Shown piece by piece: positions 1-9,482 of a stretch of DNA of 64,000 nt (its first letter is position 1; each line of letters starts with the position of its first letter). This DNA comes from an uncultured Ruficoccus sp. (lineage in GTDB: Bacteria > Verrucomicrobiota > Verrucomicrobiia > Opitutales > Cerasicoccaceae), in the NCBI GenBank assembly GCA_965140785.1, contig OZ223489.1:1-64000 (forward strand), written 5' to 3'. A program made the position numbers and the translations under genes. Under the pieces are notes generated by a model. That model saw only the letters and a program-made list of their open reading frames with translations. It had not been told where the DNA came from and ran no database searches.

Positions 1-873
1 CGATTCGTAGAAGCCGCCGTCGTGCCAGCAGATGGCGCTCCAGTCGTTGACCGTGGCGGTGTGGACTTCGCGCAGGGTCGTGCCGGTGGCCTGGAAGTTC
101 GGGAACTCCTTCACGGCGGTGGCGATCATCTTCTTAAAGCTCTCGACCTGGATGTTACCGATCTGCTCGCTCACGCCCTCGACCTCAAAGCCGAGGCAGG
201 CGGTGAAGTCTTCCTCGTTGCCGATCATGACATCGACGTACTTGGCAATCTCGCGGTTGACCTCCTGGCACTTGGCGTGGCCACCGATGGACTTCCACAG
301 CGAGGGGCGGTAGTTGAGGTCATAGGAGACGATGGTGCCGTGCTTTTTGGCCACCTTGACCGCCTCGATGACGACGTCCGGCGTGGTGTCGGACAGGGCC
401 GCGTAAATGCCGCCGGTGTGGAACCAGCGCACGCCGCATTCGCCGAAAATGTGCTCCCAGTCGATGTCGCCGACCTTGATCTGGCTGGCGGCGGTGTGGC
501 CGCGGTCGGGCACGCCGACGGCGCCCCGGATGCCGTAGCCGCGCTCGGTGAAGTTCAAGCCGTTGCGCACCGTGCGCCCGACCCCGTCGTATTCCTTCCA
601 CTGGATGAAGCGCGTATCGACCCCGCCTTGCAGGATAAAATCCTCGATCAGACGGCCCACCGGGTTCTCCGCGAAAGCGGTGACCACGGCGGCGCGCAGG
701 CCGAAGCAACGGCGCAGGCCGCGGGCCACGTTATACTCGCCGCCGCCTTCCCAGGCCGCGAACTGGCGCGTCGTGTGCACCCGGCCTTCACCGGGGTCGA
801 GGCGAAGCATCACCTCGCCGAGCGAGAGGATGTCGTATTGGCAGGAGTCGGAGGACTTGATTTCAATGGCCAT
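1..873 (-). CDS. kdgK: PfkB-family sugar kinase, 2-keto-3-deoxygluconate kinase-like (3' end outside window)
   Basis: Manual translation from ATG 873: MAIEIKSSDSCQYDILSLGEVMLRLDPGEGRVHTTRQFAAWEGGGEYNVARGLRR...SYDLNYRPSLW...GNEED. These are PfkB/KdgK motifs. The ORF runs off the left edge. Confidence 0.8.
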   Translation of the reverse strand, partial: MAIEIKSSDSCQYDILSLGEVMLRLDPGEGRVHTTRQFAAWEGGGEYNVARGLRRCFGLRAAVVTAFAENPVGRLIEDFILQGGVDTRFIQWKEYDGVGRTVRNGLNFTERGYGIRGAVGVPDRGHTAASQIKVGDIDWEHIFGECGVRWFHTGGIYAALSDTTPDVVIEAVKVAKKHGTIVSYDLNYRPSLWKSIGGHAKCQEVNREIAKYVDVMIGNEEDFTACLGFEVEGVSEQIGNIQVESFKKMIATAVKEFPNFQATGTTLREVHTATVNDWSAICWHDGGFYES

Positions 874-926
874 GGGTCAGTGTCTTTGAGTCGTTGTAAG
901 GTTTTTTCGAGTAAAGGGTCAGCGCG

Positions 927-1391
927 TTACTTGCCCCGGCGCGTCCAGACGTAGTAGTTGGGTTTAACCTCGTTGGCGGCGCGGATGTTAACGTGGTCGG
1001 CATCCAGAAAGGTGACGGTCAACTGAGCGGTACGAGGAGGTTCGCCCATTGTCACGGTGAGCGTGTTTTTATCTCCCGCCGCATAGCTGGCCGGGACGCG
1101 TAGTTGGTTATCCTTGTGGGCGATCACGATCTGGCCGTCTGAAAAATGATAGGCGGTGAAGAGCAGCTTCTCCAGCGCCTTGGGCCAGATGGTGGCGCGG
1201 AAGTCCACCTGCTGGTCGGCGGTCATCTGCGTCCACTCGGGCGACTTCGAAAAATACGCCCAACTGCCCGCGTCGTCGATCACCCAGGTGCCGATGATGG
1301 CCCGCTCGGTGTCGATGTCGGCCTCGGCCCGGAGGAGCCCCGGGGCCAGGAGTAAAATCGCAAGAACAAGACTGGAAGTGAAGGCTTTCAT
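927..1391 (-). CDS. hypothetical secreted protein
   Basis: Signal-peptide-like N-terminus MKAFTSSLVLAILLLAPGLLRA; small beta-rich domain (IIGTW motif). Confidence 0.6.
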   Translation of the reverse strand: MKAFTSSLVLAILLLAPGLLRAEADIDTERAIIGTWVIDDAGSWAYFSKSPEWTQMTADQQVDFRATIWPKALEKLLFTAYHFSDGQIVIAHKDNQLRVPASYAAGDKNTLTVTMGEPPRTAQLTVTFLDADHVNIRAANEVKPNYYVWTRRGK

Positions 1392-1474
1392 GGAACGGGC
1401 TCTAATGCATCCGGGCGAAGGCGGCAAGGCCACATCCGCTGCGCCGGGACGGCCCCGGGCGGCGGAACCGTTTT

Positions 1475-2575
1475 TTACGCATCTTTAGCCACGGAGAAAC
1501 TGTCGAGCCGCCAGCCGGAGTGGCCGCACTCATGAGCGATGTCGTTAAAGGCCTCGATTTCTGCCTTGGAGAAAAGCAAGCCACCGGCGGCGTCGGAGCG
1601 CGTCGCAGCTGCGGCCTCGATCTGACCCGGCAGGATGCAGGATTCGTTGCCGTGCCCGAGCACATCGCCGAGGACCGCCTTGACGTTTGCAGCCTGATCG
1701 CGGCCGAGGGCGTAGTCCCCGCCGGCGAGCGCCTCGGGATGGATGACCTGAAAATAGAAAGCGGGCGTGTGCTTCTCCTCGGGGTGCTTCTCCCAACGCG
1801 AACGCAGGGTCGGCAGCGAGCCGCCAATGAAGGCGCCCATCAGCTCGTTGATGAGGGAGAGGCCGTAGCCCTTGTGCGCGCCGAAGGTGGTCAGCGCGGA
1901 GACCTCGGCCGGGTCGGTGGTCGGCTGGCCGTTCTTGTCAACCGCCGCGCCGGCGGGGAGCTGCTTACCCTCGCGGGCGAGCTGCTGGACGCGCCCCATG
2001 GCGACGACGGATGTCGCCCAGTCCACCACGAGGGGGAAGCCCACCGCGTCGGTCGTGGGGAAGCCCCAGGAGTGCGGATTGGTGCCGAGCGTGGGGAACT
2101 TACCCATGAAGGGGACGACCTCGGCCAGAGCGGCGGTGCAGTTGGTGTAGGCGATGTATCCGCGCTGGGCGGCCTCCATCACGTAACCGCCGCCCCAGAG
2201 GTAGTGAAAGGCGTTATCGACCGAAACCTGCCCGATGCCGTACTTGTCGGCCAACTCGATGGCCGTGTCCATGGCCGCGTAAGCGGTGGCCTGACCGAGC
2301 TTGCGGTTGGCGTTCCATACCTCGGAGGCGGCGAAGCGGGAGGGCTTCTTCTCGATCTCGACGCCGGGCTTGCAGCCCCCCGCGGCGGAGCCGAAGAGGT
2401 GGTCCAGGTGCAGGGCCTTGATCGCGTTGTGGGTGCGGATGCCATGGCGGCTGGCGTGGGCGGAGAAACGCGCGGCGGCGGCGGCCTCCTCCTCATTAAA
2501 GCCACGGTGGCGGTAAGCGACGGCGACCAGCTCGTTATGCGTGGCCTCGGGGACGATGTAGAAAGTTTCGGACAT
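1475..2575 (-). CDS. Ldh_2-family (malate/L-lactate/ureidoglycolate/diketogulonate-type) oxidoreductase
   Basis: Motifs HGIRTH, LGTNPHSWGFP, DWATS, FGAHKGYGLSL. Confidence 0.85.
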   Translation of the reverse strand: MSETFYIVPEATHNELVAVAYRHRGFNEEEAAAAARFSAHASRHGIRTHNAIKALHLDHLFGSAAGGCKPGVEIEKKPSRFAASEVWNANRKLGQATAYAAMDTAIELADKYGIGQVSVDNAFHYLWGGGYVMEAAQRGYIAYTNCTAALAEVVPFMGKFPTLGTNPHSWGFPTTDAVGFPLVVDWATSVVAMGRVQQLAREGKQLPAGAAVDKNGQPTTDPAEVSALTTFGAHKGYGLSLINELMGAFIGGSLPTLRSRWEKHPEEKHTPAFYFQVIHPEALAGGDYALGRDQAANVKAVLGDVLGHGNESCILPGQIEAAAATRSDAAGGLLFSKAEIEAFNDIAHECGHSGWRLDSFSVAKDA

Positions 2576-2596
2576 GGTTAAGCGGGATGTTTAATG

Positions 2597-2712
2597 GGTC
2601 ACAAAGATCACAAAGAAGACACGAAGGGCACGAAGACAGGTAAAAGAGAGGAGCAGTATTTCGGTGAATTAATCTTCGTGCTCTTCGTGTCTCCTTTGTG
2701 CCCTTCGTGACC
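2597..2712. repeat. heptamer-ladder inverted repeat (CACRAAG x4 ... CTTYGTG x4)
   Basis: 40-nt arms 2597-2636 and 2673-2712 are reverse complements at 35/40 positions; heptamer spacing is 9-11-9. Confidence 0.9.
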
Positions 2713-2723
2713 GTATTTTTAAA

Positions 2724-3701
2724 CTAACTCAAAGCGGGGATCGGGACGTCGTTGACCTGAGCGAGGGGTTGCTTGCCCTCCAGGCACAGGAGGAGGTTTT
2801 TCGTGGCCATGGTGGCCTGGCGCTGGACGGACTCGTGCGTGCGCGAGCCGATGTGGGGCGTGAGCACACAGTTCGGGGCCGACAACAGCGGGTGGTCCGG
2901 ACGGGGCGGCTCTTCGTCGAGCACGTCGGCACCGTAGCCGCCGACCTTGCCGGACTTGAGGGCCTCGACCATATCGGCAGTGTTGACCAGCTCGCCGCGG
3001 GCGCAGTTGAGGATGACGACTCCGTCCTTCATCTTCGCGATGGACTTGGCGCTGATCAGGTCGCGGGTCTCGGCGGTCAGGTTGGTGTGCAGGGAAATGA
3101 TGTCGGCCTTTTCGAAAACATCATCAAAAGTCTCGGCGCGCTCGATGCCGTGGGCCTTGGCGAACTCCTCGGGCCAGTACAGGTCGTTGCCGATCACCTT
3201 CAGGCCGAATGCCTTGGCGCGGATGGCAACCTCCTTGCCAATGCGGCCCAGACCGACGATGCCAATGGTCTTGCCCATGATTTCGTGCCCGGTGAGGCGC
3301 TTCCACTGGCCGGCGCGCACATAGTTGACCTCCTCGACCAAGTGGCGGAAGAGCGCCAGCATGAGCGCGAAGCTGTGCTCGGCCACCGTGGTGTGGTTCA
3401 CGCCCGGGGTGAAGCACACCGGCAGGCCCATCTCGGTGGCGGCGGCGACATCGATCTTGTCCACGCCGATGCCGTACTTGGCGATGATCTTGAGCTTCGG
3501 GGTGGCCTTTTCCAGGACGGCGCGGGTGATGGCATCGTCGCCACACAGAAAGGCGTCGAAGTCGCCCACCAAGTCGAGCATCTGCTGCTCGGAGAGCAGC
3601 CCGCGCTCGCAGTGAACGTCGTGGCCGGAGCCATTGAGCAGGTCGTGGTGCGGACCCGGGGTATCCTGGTAAGAGGTGGTGGTAAGGAGTATTTTGGCCA
3701 T
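2724..3701 (-). CDS. D-isomer-specific 2-hydroxyacid dehydrogenase (phosphoglycerate dehydrogenase-like)
   Basis: GIVGLGRIG Rossmann motif, NCARGELV, DVLDEEPP, LTPHIG. Confidence 0.9.
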   Translation of the reverse strand: MAKILLTTTSYQDTPGPHHDLLNGSGHDVHCERGLLSEQQMLDLVGDFDAFLCGDDAITRAVLEKATPKLKIIAKYGIGVDKIDVAAATEMGLPVCFTPGVNHTTVAEHSFALMLALFRHLVEEVNYVRAGQWKRLTGHEIMGKTIGIVGLGRIGKEVAIRAKAFGLKVIGNDLYWPEEFAKAHGIERAETFDDVFEKADIISLHTNLTAETRDLISAKSIAKMKDGVVILNCARGELVNTADMVEALKSGKVGGYGADVLDEEPPRPDHPLLSAPNCVLTPHIGSRTHESVQRQATMATKNLLLCLEGKQPLAQVNDVPIPALS

Positions 3702-3724
3702 GAGAAATAGAATTTTCCAGAAAA

Positions 3725-3750
3725 TCACACACGTGTAGGGTGTGCGTCAA
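3725..3750 (-). promoter_or_regulatory. LacI-type operator TCACACACGTGTAGGGT just downstream of a TTGACG -35 element
   Basis: The 17-mer at 3725-3741 is the exact reverse complement of 5031-5047; core ACACGTGT is palindromic; -35 at 3745-3750. Confidence 0.75.
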
Positions 3751-3787
3751 GCCAGAAGCGTGCGAAAATGAAAATGAGTAGAAGAAT

Positions 3788-3934
3788 GGGTCACAGAGCA
3801 CACAGAGTCTTTAATAAAAAGGACTCTTCGCCTAGCCATGCGTCTTTGCCGAGGGGGGGACGCGGGCACGAGGTTCAATTTTATCAATGAAACCTCTCTG
3901 TGTTCTCTGTGCCTCCTCTGTGAACTCTGTAGCC
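3788..3934. repeat. heptamer-ladder inverted repeat (CACAGAG variant)
   Basis: Left arm GGGTCACAGAGCACACAGAG; right arm has CTCTGTG/A x4 at 3896, 3905, 3916, 3925 (spacing 9-11-9). Confidence 0.75.
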
Positions 3935-3948
3935 AAAAAGAAATCCCG

Positions 3949-4992
3949 CTACACCCGGGTGGCCGAGTCGCGCTCGATCAGGAGGGGACGGATGGTCTGG
4001 GGCTGAAGCGCGGCGGCAACTTCACCGCCCGAGATGAGGGCGTCCAGCATACCGGCGGCGGCGGCCATCATGGACTCGACCCGCTGGTCAATGGTGGTCA
4101 GCGGGGGCCAGGCGTAGGCGGCGATATCGAGATTGTCGTAGCTGACCAGCGAGAGATCTTTGGGGAAATCCCAACCCTCGCGGCGCAGGCGGTGCATGAG
4201 GCCGATAGCCACGCGATCATTGAGCACGATGGAGCCGGTGGCCGTGGGCCGGTCCGCCAGCAGGCGCTCGGCCATGCGCTCGCCGTAGGCGTAGTCGTGC
4301 TGCTGCTTGCCCTCGTGGCGGAAATGCGTGAAATCGCGCTCCCAGTCGAGCCCAAGCTCGCGGGCGGTCTGCTCCAGGCCGCGAAGCTTCGTTTTGCCGT
4401 AGGCGTCGGTCGGGTCGAGCCCGAGGGTGACAAACTTACGGTGTCCGAGCCCGTGCAGGTGCTCCAGGGAGAGCTTCATCGAATAGGCCCGGTCAAGCGT
4501 GACCCGGTGCGGGATATCGGGGGTCTCCGGATCGACCCAAACCACCGGCGTGCCCTGCTCACGGGCGTTGCGCAGGGCGGGGTCATCCTCGTTCAGACGT
4601 GAGCCGATGAGTACGATGCCGTCCACCCGCATGGCCAGAAAGTGTCCCACGATACGCTCTTCGAGTCCGGGGCTACCGGCGGTCAACTCGATCAGCGTGT
4701 GCCGCCCCTGCTCGCGCAGGAGATTTTGCAGGATGCTGCTCTTGCGCACGAGGATGGGCGTCTCGATCTCTTGGAAACAGATGCCGACCGTGCCGGTCTT
4801 GCCCCCGCGCAGGCCACGGGCGAGCGCGTTGGGCTGGTAGCCGAGCTCCTCCATCGCCCGCTGCACACGCTCCACCGTGGCGGGCAGGACGCCGGGGTGG
4901 CCGTTGAGCACCCGCGAGACCGTCCAGCGCGACAATCCCAAATGCCGGGCCAGAGCCGCAGCGGTCGGGGGCTTGGACGGACGGGTTGACAT
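3949..4992 (-). CDS. LacI-family transcriptional regulator
   Basis: N-terminal HTH (LARHLGLSRWTVSRVLNG...YQPNALARGL); sugar-binding domain (SYDN...PPLTTIDQ). Confidence 0.95.
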   Translation of the reverse strand: MSTRPSKPPTAAALARHLGLSRWTVSRVLNGHPGVLPATVERVQRAMEELGYQPNALARGLRGGKTGTVGICFQEIETPILVRKSSILQNLLREQGRHTLIELTAGSPGLEERIVGHFLAMRVDGIVLIGSRLNEDDPALRNAREQGTPVVWVDPETPDIPHRVTLDRAYSMKLSLEHLHGLGHRKFVTLGLDPTDAYGKTKLRGLEQTARELGLDWERDFTHFRHEGKQQHDYAYGERMAERLLADRPTATGSIVLNDRVAIGLMHRLRREGWDFPKDLSLVSYDNLDIAAYAWPPLTTIDQRVESMMAAAAGMLDALISGGEVAAALQPQTIRPLLIERDSATRV

Positions 4993-5030
4993 GATCGACG
5001 GCTTCGGAAAGGCTGGCTGTGGAACGGACG

Positions 5031-5068
5031 ACCCTACACGTGTGTGAGCTTTTCGCCCGTCCTGTCAA
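5031..5068. promoter_or_regulatory. second copy of the 17-bp operator, in the divergent lacI/uxaE promoter
   Basis: ACCCTACACGTGTGTGA at 5031-5047; TTGACA on the minus strand at 5063-5068. Confidence 0.75.
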
Positions 5069-5081
5069 GACATACCGCCGC

Positions 5082-6344
5082 ATGGTTCACGCAAACACAC
5101 CCGTTATTCTCGGCCTGAAAAAGTCGTTCGGTTTTGGCGACCGCCTCGGGCTGGCCGGTCCCGGCCATCTGGACGCACTGGAGAAATCCAGCTTCGCCGG
5201 CATACTTGCCCAGCAATCCATGCGTGAGCTGACCCGCAGCCGCCGCCGCGCCGATCAGATCGTGGAAGCCGCGCAGCAGGCCGTGAATGCCATCCACTAC
5301 ACCCGCGCCTGGGGTGCGGATGCCGACCACCTCAAGACCGAGGCGGACATCGCGGCCACCGCCAAGGCTGGCTTCACCTTTTACACCCTCGATCCGAGCG
5401 AGGCCGTGGTCAATGCCGCCGACACGATGGAGGAGACTCAACTGCGCGAGGAGGCCGAAAAGCTCGTGCGCGAGGGCATCCTTCCCGCCGGCTGGACCGG
5501 GCGCTACCTGGACGGGCGCTGGGAGGTGGACAACGGCCCTCCCCTCACCTTTGACGAGGAGTCGCTCCTGCGCGCCGCCGTCAAGTACGCCCGTGCCGCC
5601 GACGAAAGCGCAGTGCTGCACGGGGCCATCGCGCAGCACTGCTCCCTCCGGCCCTTCGAGGTCGAGGTGGCGGTGGACGAAACCGAGAATCCGACCACGC
5701 ACCGCGAACACCTCTTTCTCGGACTGGAGCTGAAGCGGCGCGGGGTGAGCTTCGTCAGCCTGGCTCCGCGCTTCAGCGGACGCTTTGAGAAGGGCATTGA
5801 TTTTGTGGGGGACATTGAGGCCTTCACCGAGGAGTTGGAGCGCCACGTAGCCATCGCCCGCGCCTTGGGCCCGTACAAGCTCTCCTTCCACAGCGGCGCG
5901 GCCAAGTTCTCCCTCTACCCCGCCATCGGGCGCATCTGCGGCGACCTCCTCCACGTCAAGACCGCGGGCACGAGCTACCTGGAGGCGCTGCGCGTGGTCT
6001 GGCGTACCCACCCGGAGCTGTTTAAAGAGATTGCCCGCTACGCCGCCGAGCGTTTCGAGGGGGAAAAAGACGACTTCCTCGTCTCCACCACAGAGGAAGA
6101 AGTCGCCGAACTGGCCCGCGCGTGGCCCGCCGACCCGGAGCGGGCATACTTCGAGGAGCGCGTCGGGCGGCAACTGCTGCACGTGACCTTCGGCCCGGTC
6201 CTGATTCTGGGCCGCCGCCCCGGCGGCCTGCCCTTCAACGAGGCCATCCGCGAAACACTCGACGCCCACGCCGCCGAGTACCGCGAGGCGCTGGCCAGTT
6301 GCTTCGGCCACCACCTCTCTCTGCTGGAGGCAGAAATCGACTGA
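5082..6344 (+). CDS. uxaE: tagaturonate/fructuronate epimerase family protein
   Basis: SFGFGDRLG, AQQSMRE, WGADADHLK, SLAPRF.G.FEKGIDF, HVKTAGTSYLEALR. Confidence 0.85.
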   Translation: MVHANTPVILGLKKSFGFGDRLGLAGPGHLDALEKSSFAGILAQQSMRELTRSRRRADQIVEAAQQAVNAIHYTRAWGADADHLKTEADIAATAKAGFTFYTLDPSEAVVNAADTMEETQLREEAEKLVREGILPAGWTGRYLDGRWEVDNGPPLTFDEESLLRAAVKYARAADESAVLHGAIAQHCSLRPFEVEVAVDETENPTTHREHLFLGLELKRRGVSFVSLAPRFSGRFEKGIDFVGDIEAFTEELERHVAIARALGPYKLSFHSGAAKFSLYPAIGRICGDLLHVKTAGTSYLEALRVVWRTHPELFKEIARYAAERFEGEKDDFLVSTTEEEVAELARAWPADPERAYFEERVGRQLLHVTFGPVLILGRRPGGLPFNEAIRETLDAHAAEYREALASCFGHHLSLLEAEID

Positions 6345-6415
6345 ACCCGCCCTCCCCCCGCCGGACCGGACAAAAAGCTTGTTAAGGTTTCGCGAATATC
6401 GTCCGCTAATAGGCA

Positions 6416-8614
6416 ATGCGCCTTGCGCTTACGCTCAGTCTGTTCGTCTCACTCTCTCTCCTGTCCACCGCCGCTGACACCACGGCCACCGGCAGCGCGC
6501 CCGCGTCCACCGATGCGATTACTCCAGATACAGGCCGTGCGATAGCCCCGGCCACGGGCGCATCTATCGATGAGTCGATCGAGCAGATTTACCTGCGGGT
6601 GGACCCGACCTACGTGCTTCCCGAGGACGCCGACCCGTCCGAGGCACCTTTCAAAACCATTCAGGACGCCGTCAACGCCGCTATCCACTACCTGGAGCGC
6701 GACATCCCCGTGCGCATCGGCCTGCGCGACTACCTTTACCGCGAGTCGGTCACCATCCCCGGCAATGCACTCGGCGCACTGCTGGTCATCGTGGGCGACA
6801 CCCGGGACGGCACGATCATCACCGGCAGCGAGCCTCTGGACGACGGCTGGCAACTGATCGATGCCGATAAAAACATCTGGTCACACACCTGGACCCAGGA
6901 TTGGGGGGACTTCAGCCTCGATCAAAGCTGGTCGGCCAGCCAGGGCAAGCAAGCACCGCAGCGCCTGGTCTCGCAAAGCCGGCCCGCCAGCGTCTGGCTG
7001 TTCTGGGAACCACCCGCTGTCCCTGAGGCCCCCACCGCCTGTTACCGGGTATACCGGCAGCGCCTCGGCACCACTGAGCAGCACTACCGGCGCGTGGCCG
7101 ACGAACTTGAAGCAACCGCCTGGGAGGATTTTTCTGTTGAGCCCAGCACCGCCTTTGAGAACAACCAGTACGCCTACTATGTCACCGCCGTGGACAAGTG
7201 GGGTCACGAGAGCCGCCCCTCGGGCATCGTCAACAGTCGCGCCCGCGACCCGGAGGGAGCCGGTTACGCGCCCGAAACCGTACGGCGACGGGAGCTGTTT
7301 TTCGCCGACGGCAAGCCGCTCCAGATGGTGCCCAGCCTGGACAAGCTTTTCAGCGACCACGAGCAGGGCAGCTTCTGCGTCAATGACGGCTACCTGCGCG
7401 ACCCCAAGGACGGCCATGTCCTCATCCAGCTCCCGGCCGGGATGACGCCCGCCAACACCTCCATCGAGGCCGCCACCAATCTCAACCTTGGCCGTAAGGA
7501 CGCCAGCGCCTGCCTCTACATCGTGGACAAGCCCAACCTCGTCCTGCGCAACCTCACGCTGACCGGCTCCGTGCAGGACGGACTGCGCCTGGACTCCTGC
7601 CGCAACGTGCTGCTCGAAGACGTGCGCGCCACCAACAACGGCGGCAATGGCATCGACATCAACGTGCAGCGCAACCTCCAGCCGGTGAGCGAAGCCGTCA
7701 CCCTGCGCCGTGTCACCGCCAGTGCCAACGGAGCCTGCGGGATCAACGGCTCGCGCTTTAAAAACCTGCGATTAGAGGACTGCAATACCGCCGAGAACAA
7801 CTGGCGCGGGAGCTGGGCAACCCCCGGTGAAAAACGCACGGCCTACCGCTGGGACCGAGCTGGCCTGCGCCTGCGCAATGTCCACCGGGGTACCATCCGG
7901 GGCCACACCAGCACCCATAACCTCTGCGACGGCATCTGGCTCGACTACGACAACCACGACATCCTGATCGAAGACTCCCTGCTGTACCAGAATGCCGACT
8001 ACGCCGGCCTGACGCTCCAAGCCAGCCCGGGACCGTTCATCGTCCGCAACAGCCAGTTCGTACTCAACGACATCGGCCTGGTTATCTCCAATGCCGGCAA
8101 CGGGATTCTCAGCGACAACCTTTTCACCCGCAACCGGCAGGCTCAGGTCGCAGTTCTCGACCGCCCGGAACGGCCCGTGGTGGACTGGACGAACCAACAG
8201 GAGAAAATCGTTCGCACCGAGAACTGGACCTGGCGCAACAACATCTTCTCCTGTGAACGCCCCATGGTCGGGCAATCGGCGCTGATCAGCGTTCCCTATG
8301 CGGACTGGGGGCACTTTTACGACACGCTGACCTCTTCCCGCAACCTGTGGTGGGCCCCGCAGACAGAGCGGGCGGCCCAGCTCGACGACCAGATCGTGGA
8401 CTTTTCTGGCTGGCAGATGGCCACGGGCAAGGATCTCGACTCGCTTTTCGCCGACGCAAAAGTCCAGCTCATTGTCGGCCACGGCTTCCCCGCCGTTGTC
8501 GCCGCCGATTCCCCGGTTCACGACCGCGAAAACTGGCCCGTGACCGAACTGCCCGAGGACCACCGTGAGCAATTCGAGGCCACCCATCCCCAGTTGGAGA
8601 ACACTCCCCGCTAA
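6416..8614 (+). CDS. secreted right-handed parallel beta-helix protein with an inserted FN3-like domain
   Basis: Signal peptide; PFKTIQDA; FN3-like segment (YRVYR...YAYYVTAVDKWGHES); Asn/Gly-rich beta-helix repeats (GIWLDYDN). Confidence 0.75.
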   Translation: MRLALTLSLFVSLSLLSTAADTTATGSAPASTDAITPDTGRAIAPATGASIDESIEQIYLRVDPTYVLPEDADPSEAPFKTIQDAVNAAIHYLERDIPVRIGLRDYLYRESVTIPGNALGALLVIVGDTRDGTIITGSEPLDDGWQLIDADKNIWSHTWTQDWGDFSLDQSWSASQGKQAPQRLVSQSRPASVWLFWEPPAVPEAPTACYRVYRQRLGTTEQHYRRVADELEATAWEDFSVEPSTAFENNQYAYYVTAVDKWGHESRPSGIVNSRARDPEGAGYAPETVRRRELFFADGKPLQMVPSLDKLFSDHEQGSFCVNDGYLRDPKDGHVLIQLPAGMTPANTSIEAATNLNLGRKDASACLYIVDKPNLVLRNLTLTGSVQDGLRLDSCRNVLLEDVRATNNGGNGIDINVQRNLQPVSEAVTLRRVTASANGACGINGSRFKNLRLEDCNTAENNWRGSWATPGEKRTAYRWDRAGLRLRNVHRGTIRGHTSTHNLCDGIWLDYDNHDILIEDSLLYQNADYAGLTLQASPGPFIVRNSQFVLNDIGLVISNAGNGILSDNLFTRNRQAQVAVLDRPERPVVDWTNQQEKIVRTENWTWRNNIFSCERPMVGQSALISVPYADWGHFYDTLTSSRNLWWAPQTERAAQLDDQIVDFSGWQMATGKDLDSLFADAKVQLIVGHGFPAVVAADSPVHDRENWPVTELPEDHREQFEATHPQLENTPR

Positions 8615-8734
8615 CGAATCAAGTCGAGGCGATTCCCCACAGCGTCCCTCACGCTGCCTCAGTCAGAGCAGCGGCGGTTGCAACCCGGACTTGTCAGGGA
8701 ACGCAAGGCGTGCGAGATTGGTCCTTTACGAGAC

Positions 8735-9352
8735 ATGCCGAGCCTGGACGAGATACTTCCCCTTTTGTGGATTCCGCTGGTGACCGCCTTCATCGGGTGG
8801 CTGACCAACTGGGTGGCGATCCGGATGCTCTTCCGTCCCCGGCGACCGGTGCGCGTGTTTTTCCTGAAATGGCAGGGCCTGATCCCGCGCCGCCAGGCCG
8901 ATGTGGCCGACACCGTGGCCGAGATCATCGAACGGGAAGTGCTCAGCCAGCACACCATCCGCACGGAGCTGGAGAGGCTCGATGTCAGTGGGCGGCTGGA
9001 TGAATTCGTCCGGCGCGTGGTCCGCGAAAAAGCCGGGCGCAAGCTCCAATCCATCCCCCTGCTCGGCGCGTTTATCAACGACCGCACGCTCGGCCTGATC
9101 GAACGGGCGGCAGTGGACGCCGTCCACGAAGAGGCCGGACGCATGCGGGACAACCTGGCCGAGGACCTGGAGCAGCACCTGCAAATCCGCGACATCGTGA
9201 GCGAGCGGATCGCTCAGTTCGACCTGGATAAGCTCGAAACGCTGGTCAAACAGGTCGCCTCCCGGGAGCTGCGCGCCATCGAGTGGCTGGGTGGCATTCT
9301 GGGCTTTGTCATCGGACTGGCCCAGGTCGGCATTCTGTTGCTGGTAGCGTAA
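8735..9352 (+). CDS. DUF445-family membrane protein
   Basis: IGWLTNWVAIRMLFRP, QGLIPRR, ELRAIEWLGGILGFVIG. Confidence 0.85.
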   Translation: MPSLDEILPLLWIPLVTAFIGWLTNWVAIRMLFRPRRPVRVFFLKWQGLIPRRQADVADTVAEIIEREVLSQHTIRTELERLDVSGRLDEFVRRVVREKAGRKLQSIPLLGAFINDRTLGLIERAAVDAVHEEAGRMRDNLAEDLEQHLQIRDIVSERIAQFDLDKLETLVKQVASRELRAIEWLGGILGFVIGLAQVGILLLVA

Positions 9353-9354
9353 GC

Positions 9355-9372
9355 AAAGCGAAAGTGCTCTAG
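9355..9372. repeat. MITE/IS-like terminal sequence AAAGCGAAAGTGCTCTAG
   Basis: Exact 18-bp reverse complement of 33732-33749. Confidence 0.55.
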
Positions 9373-9482
9373 GCTCGCTGATTGTCCCCACGTATTTATT
9401 TGCTAATTACCGCCCGTTTTCAACTTAGGGTTGTCACGGTCAGTCACAATTTTGCATTATTCCTCAGCGCCTTCCGCCATCG

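Noticed and set aside
22..954. Long + strand ORF (310 aa), and similar long antisense ORFs across the window (e.g. 20263-21939, 5034-6416, 62479-63888)
   Set aside because: These are shadow ORFs opposite well-supported genes, as expected in high-GC DNA.
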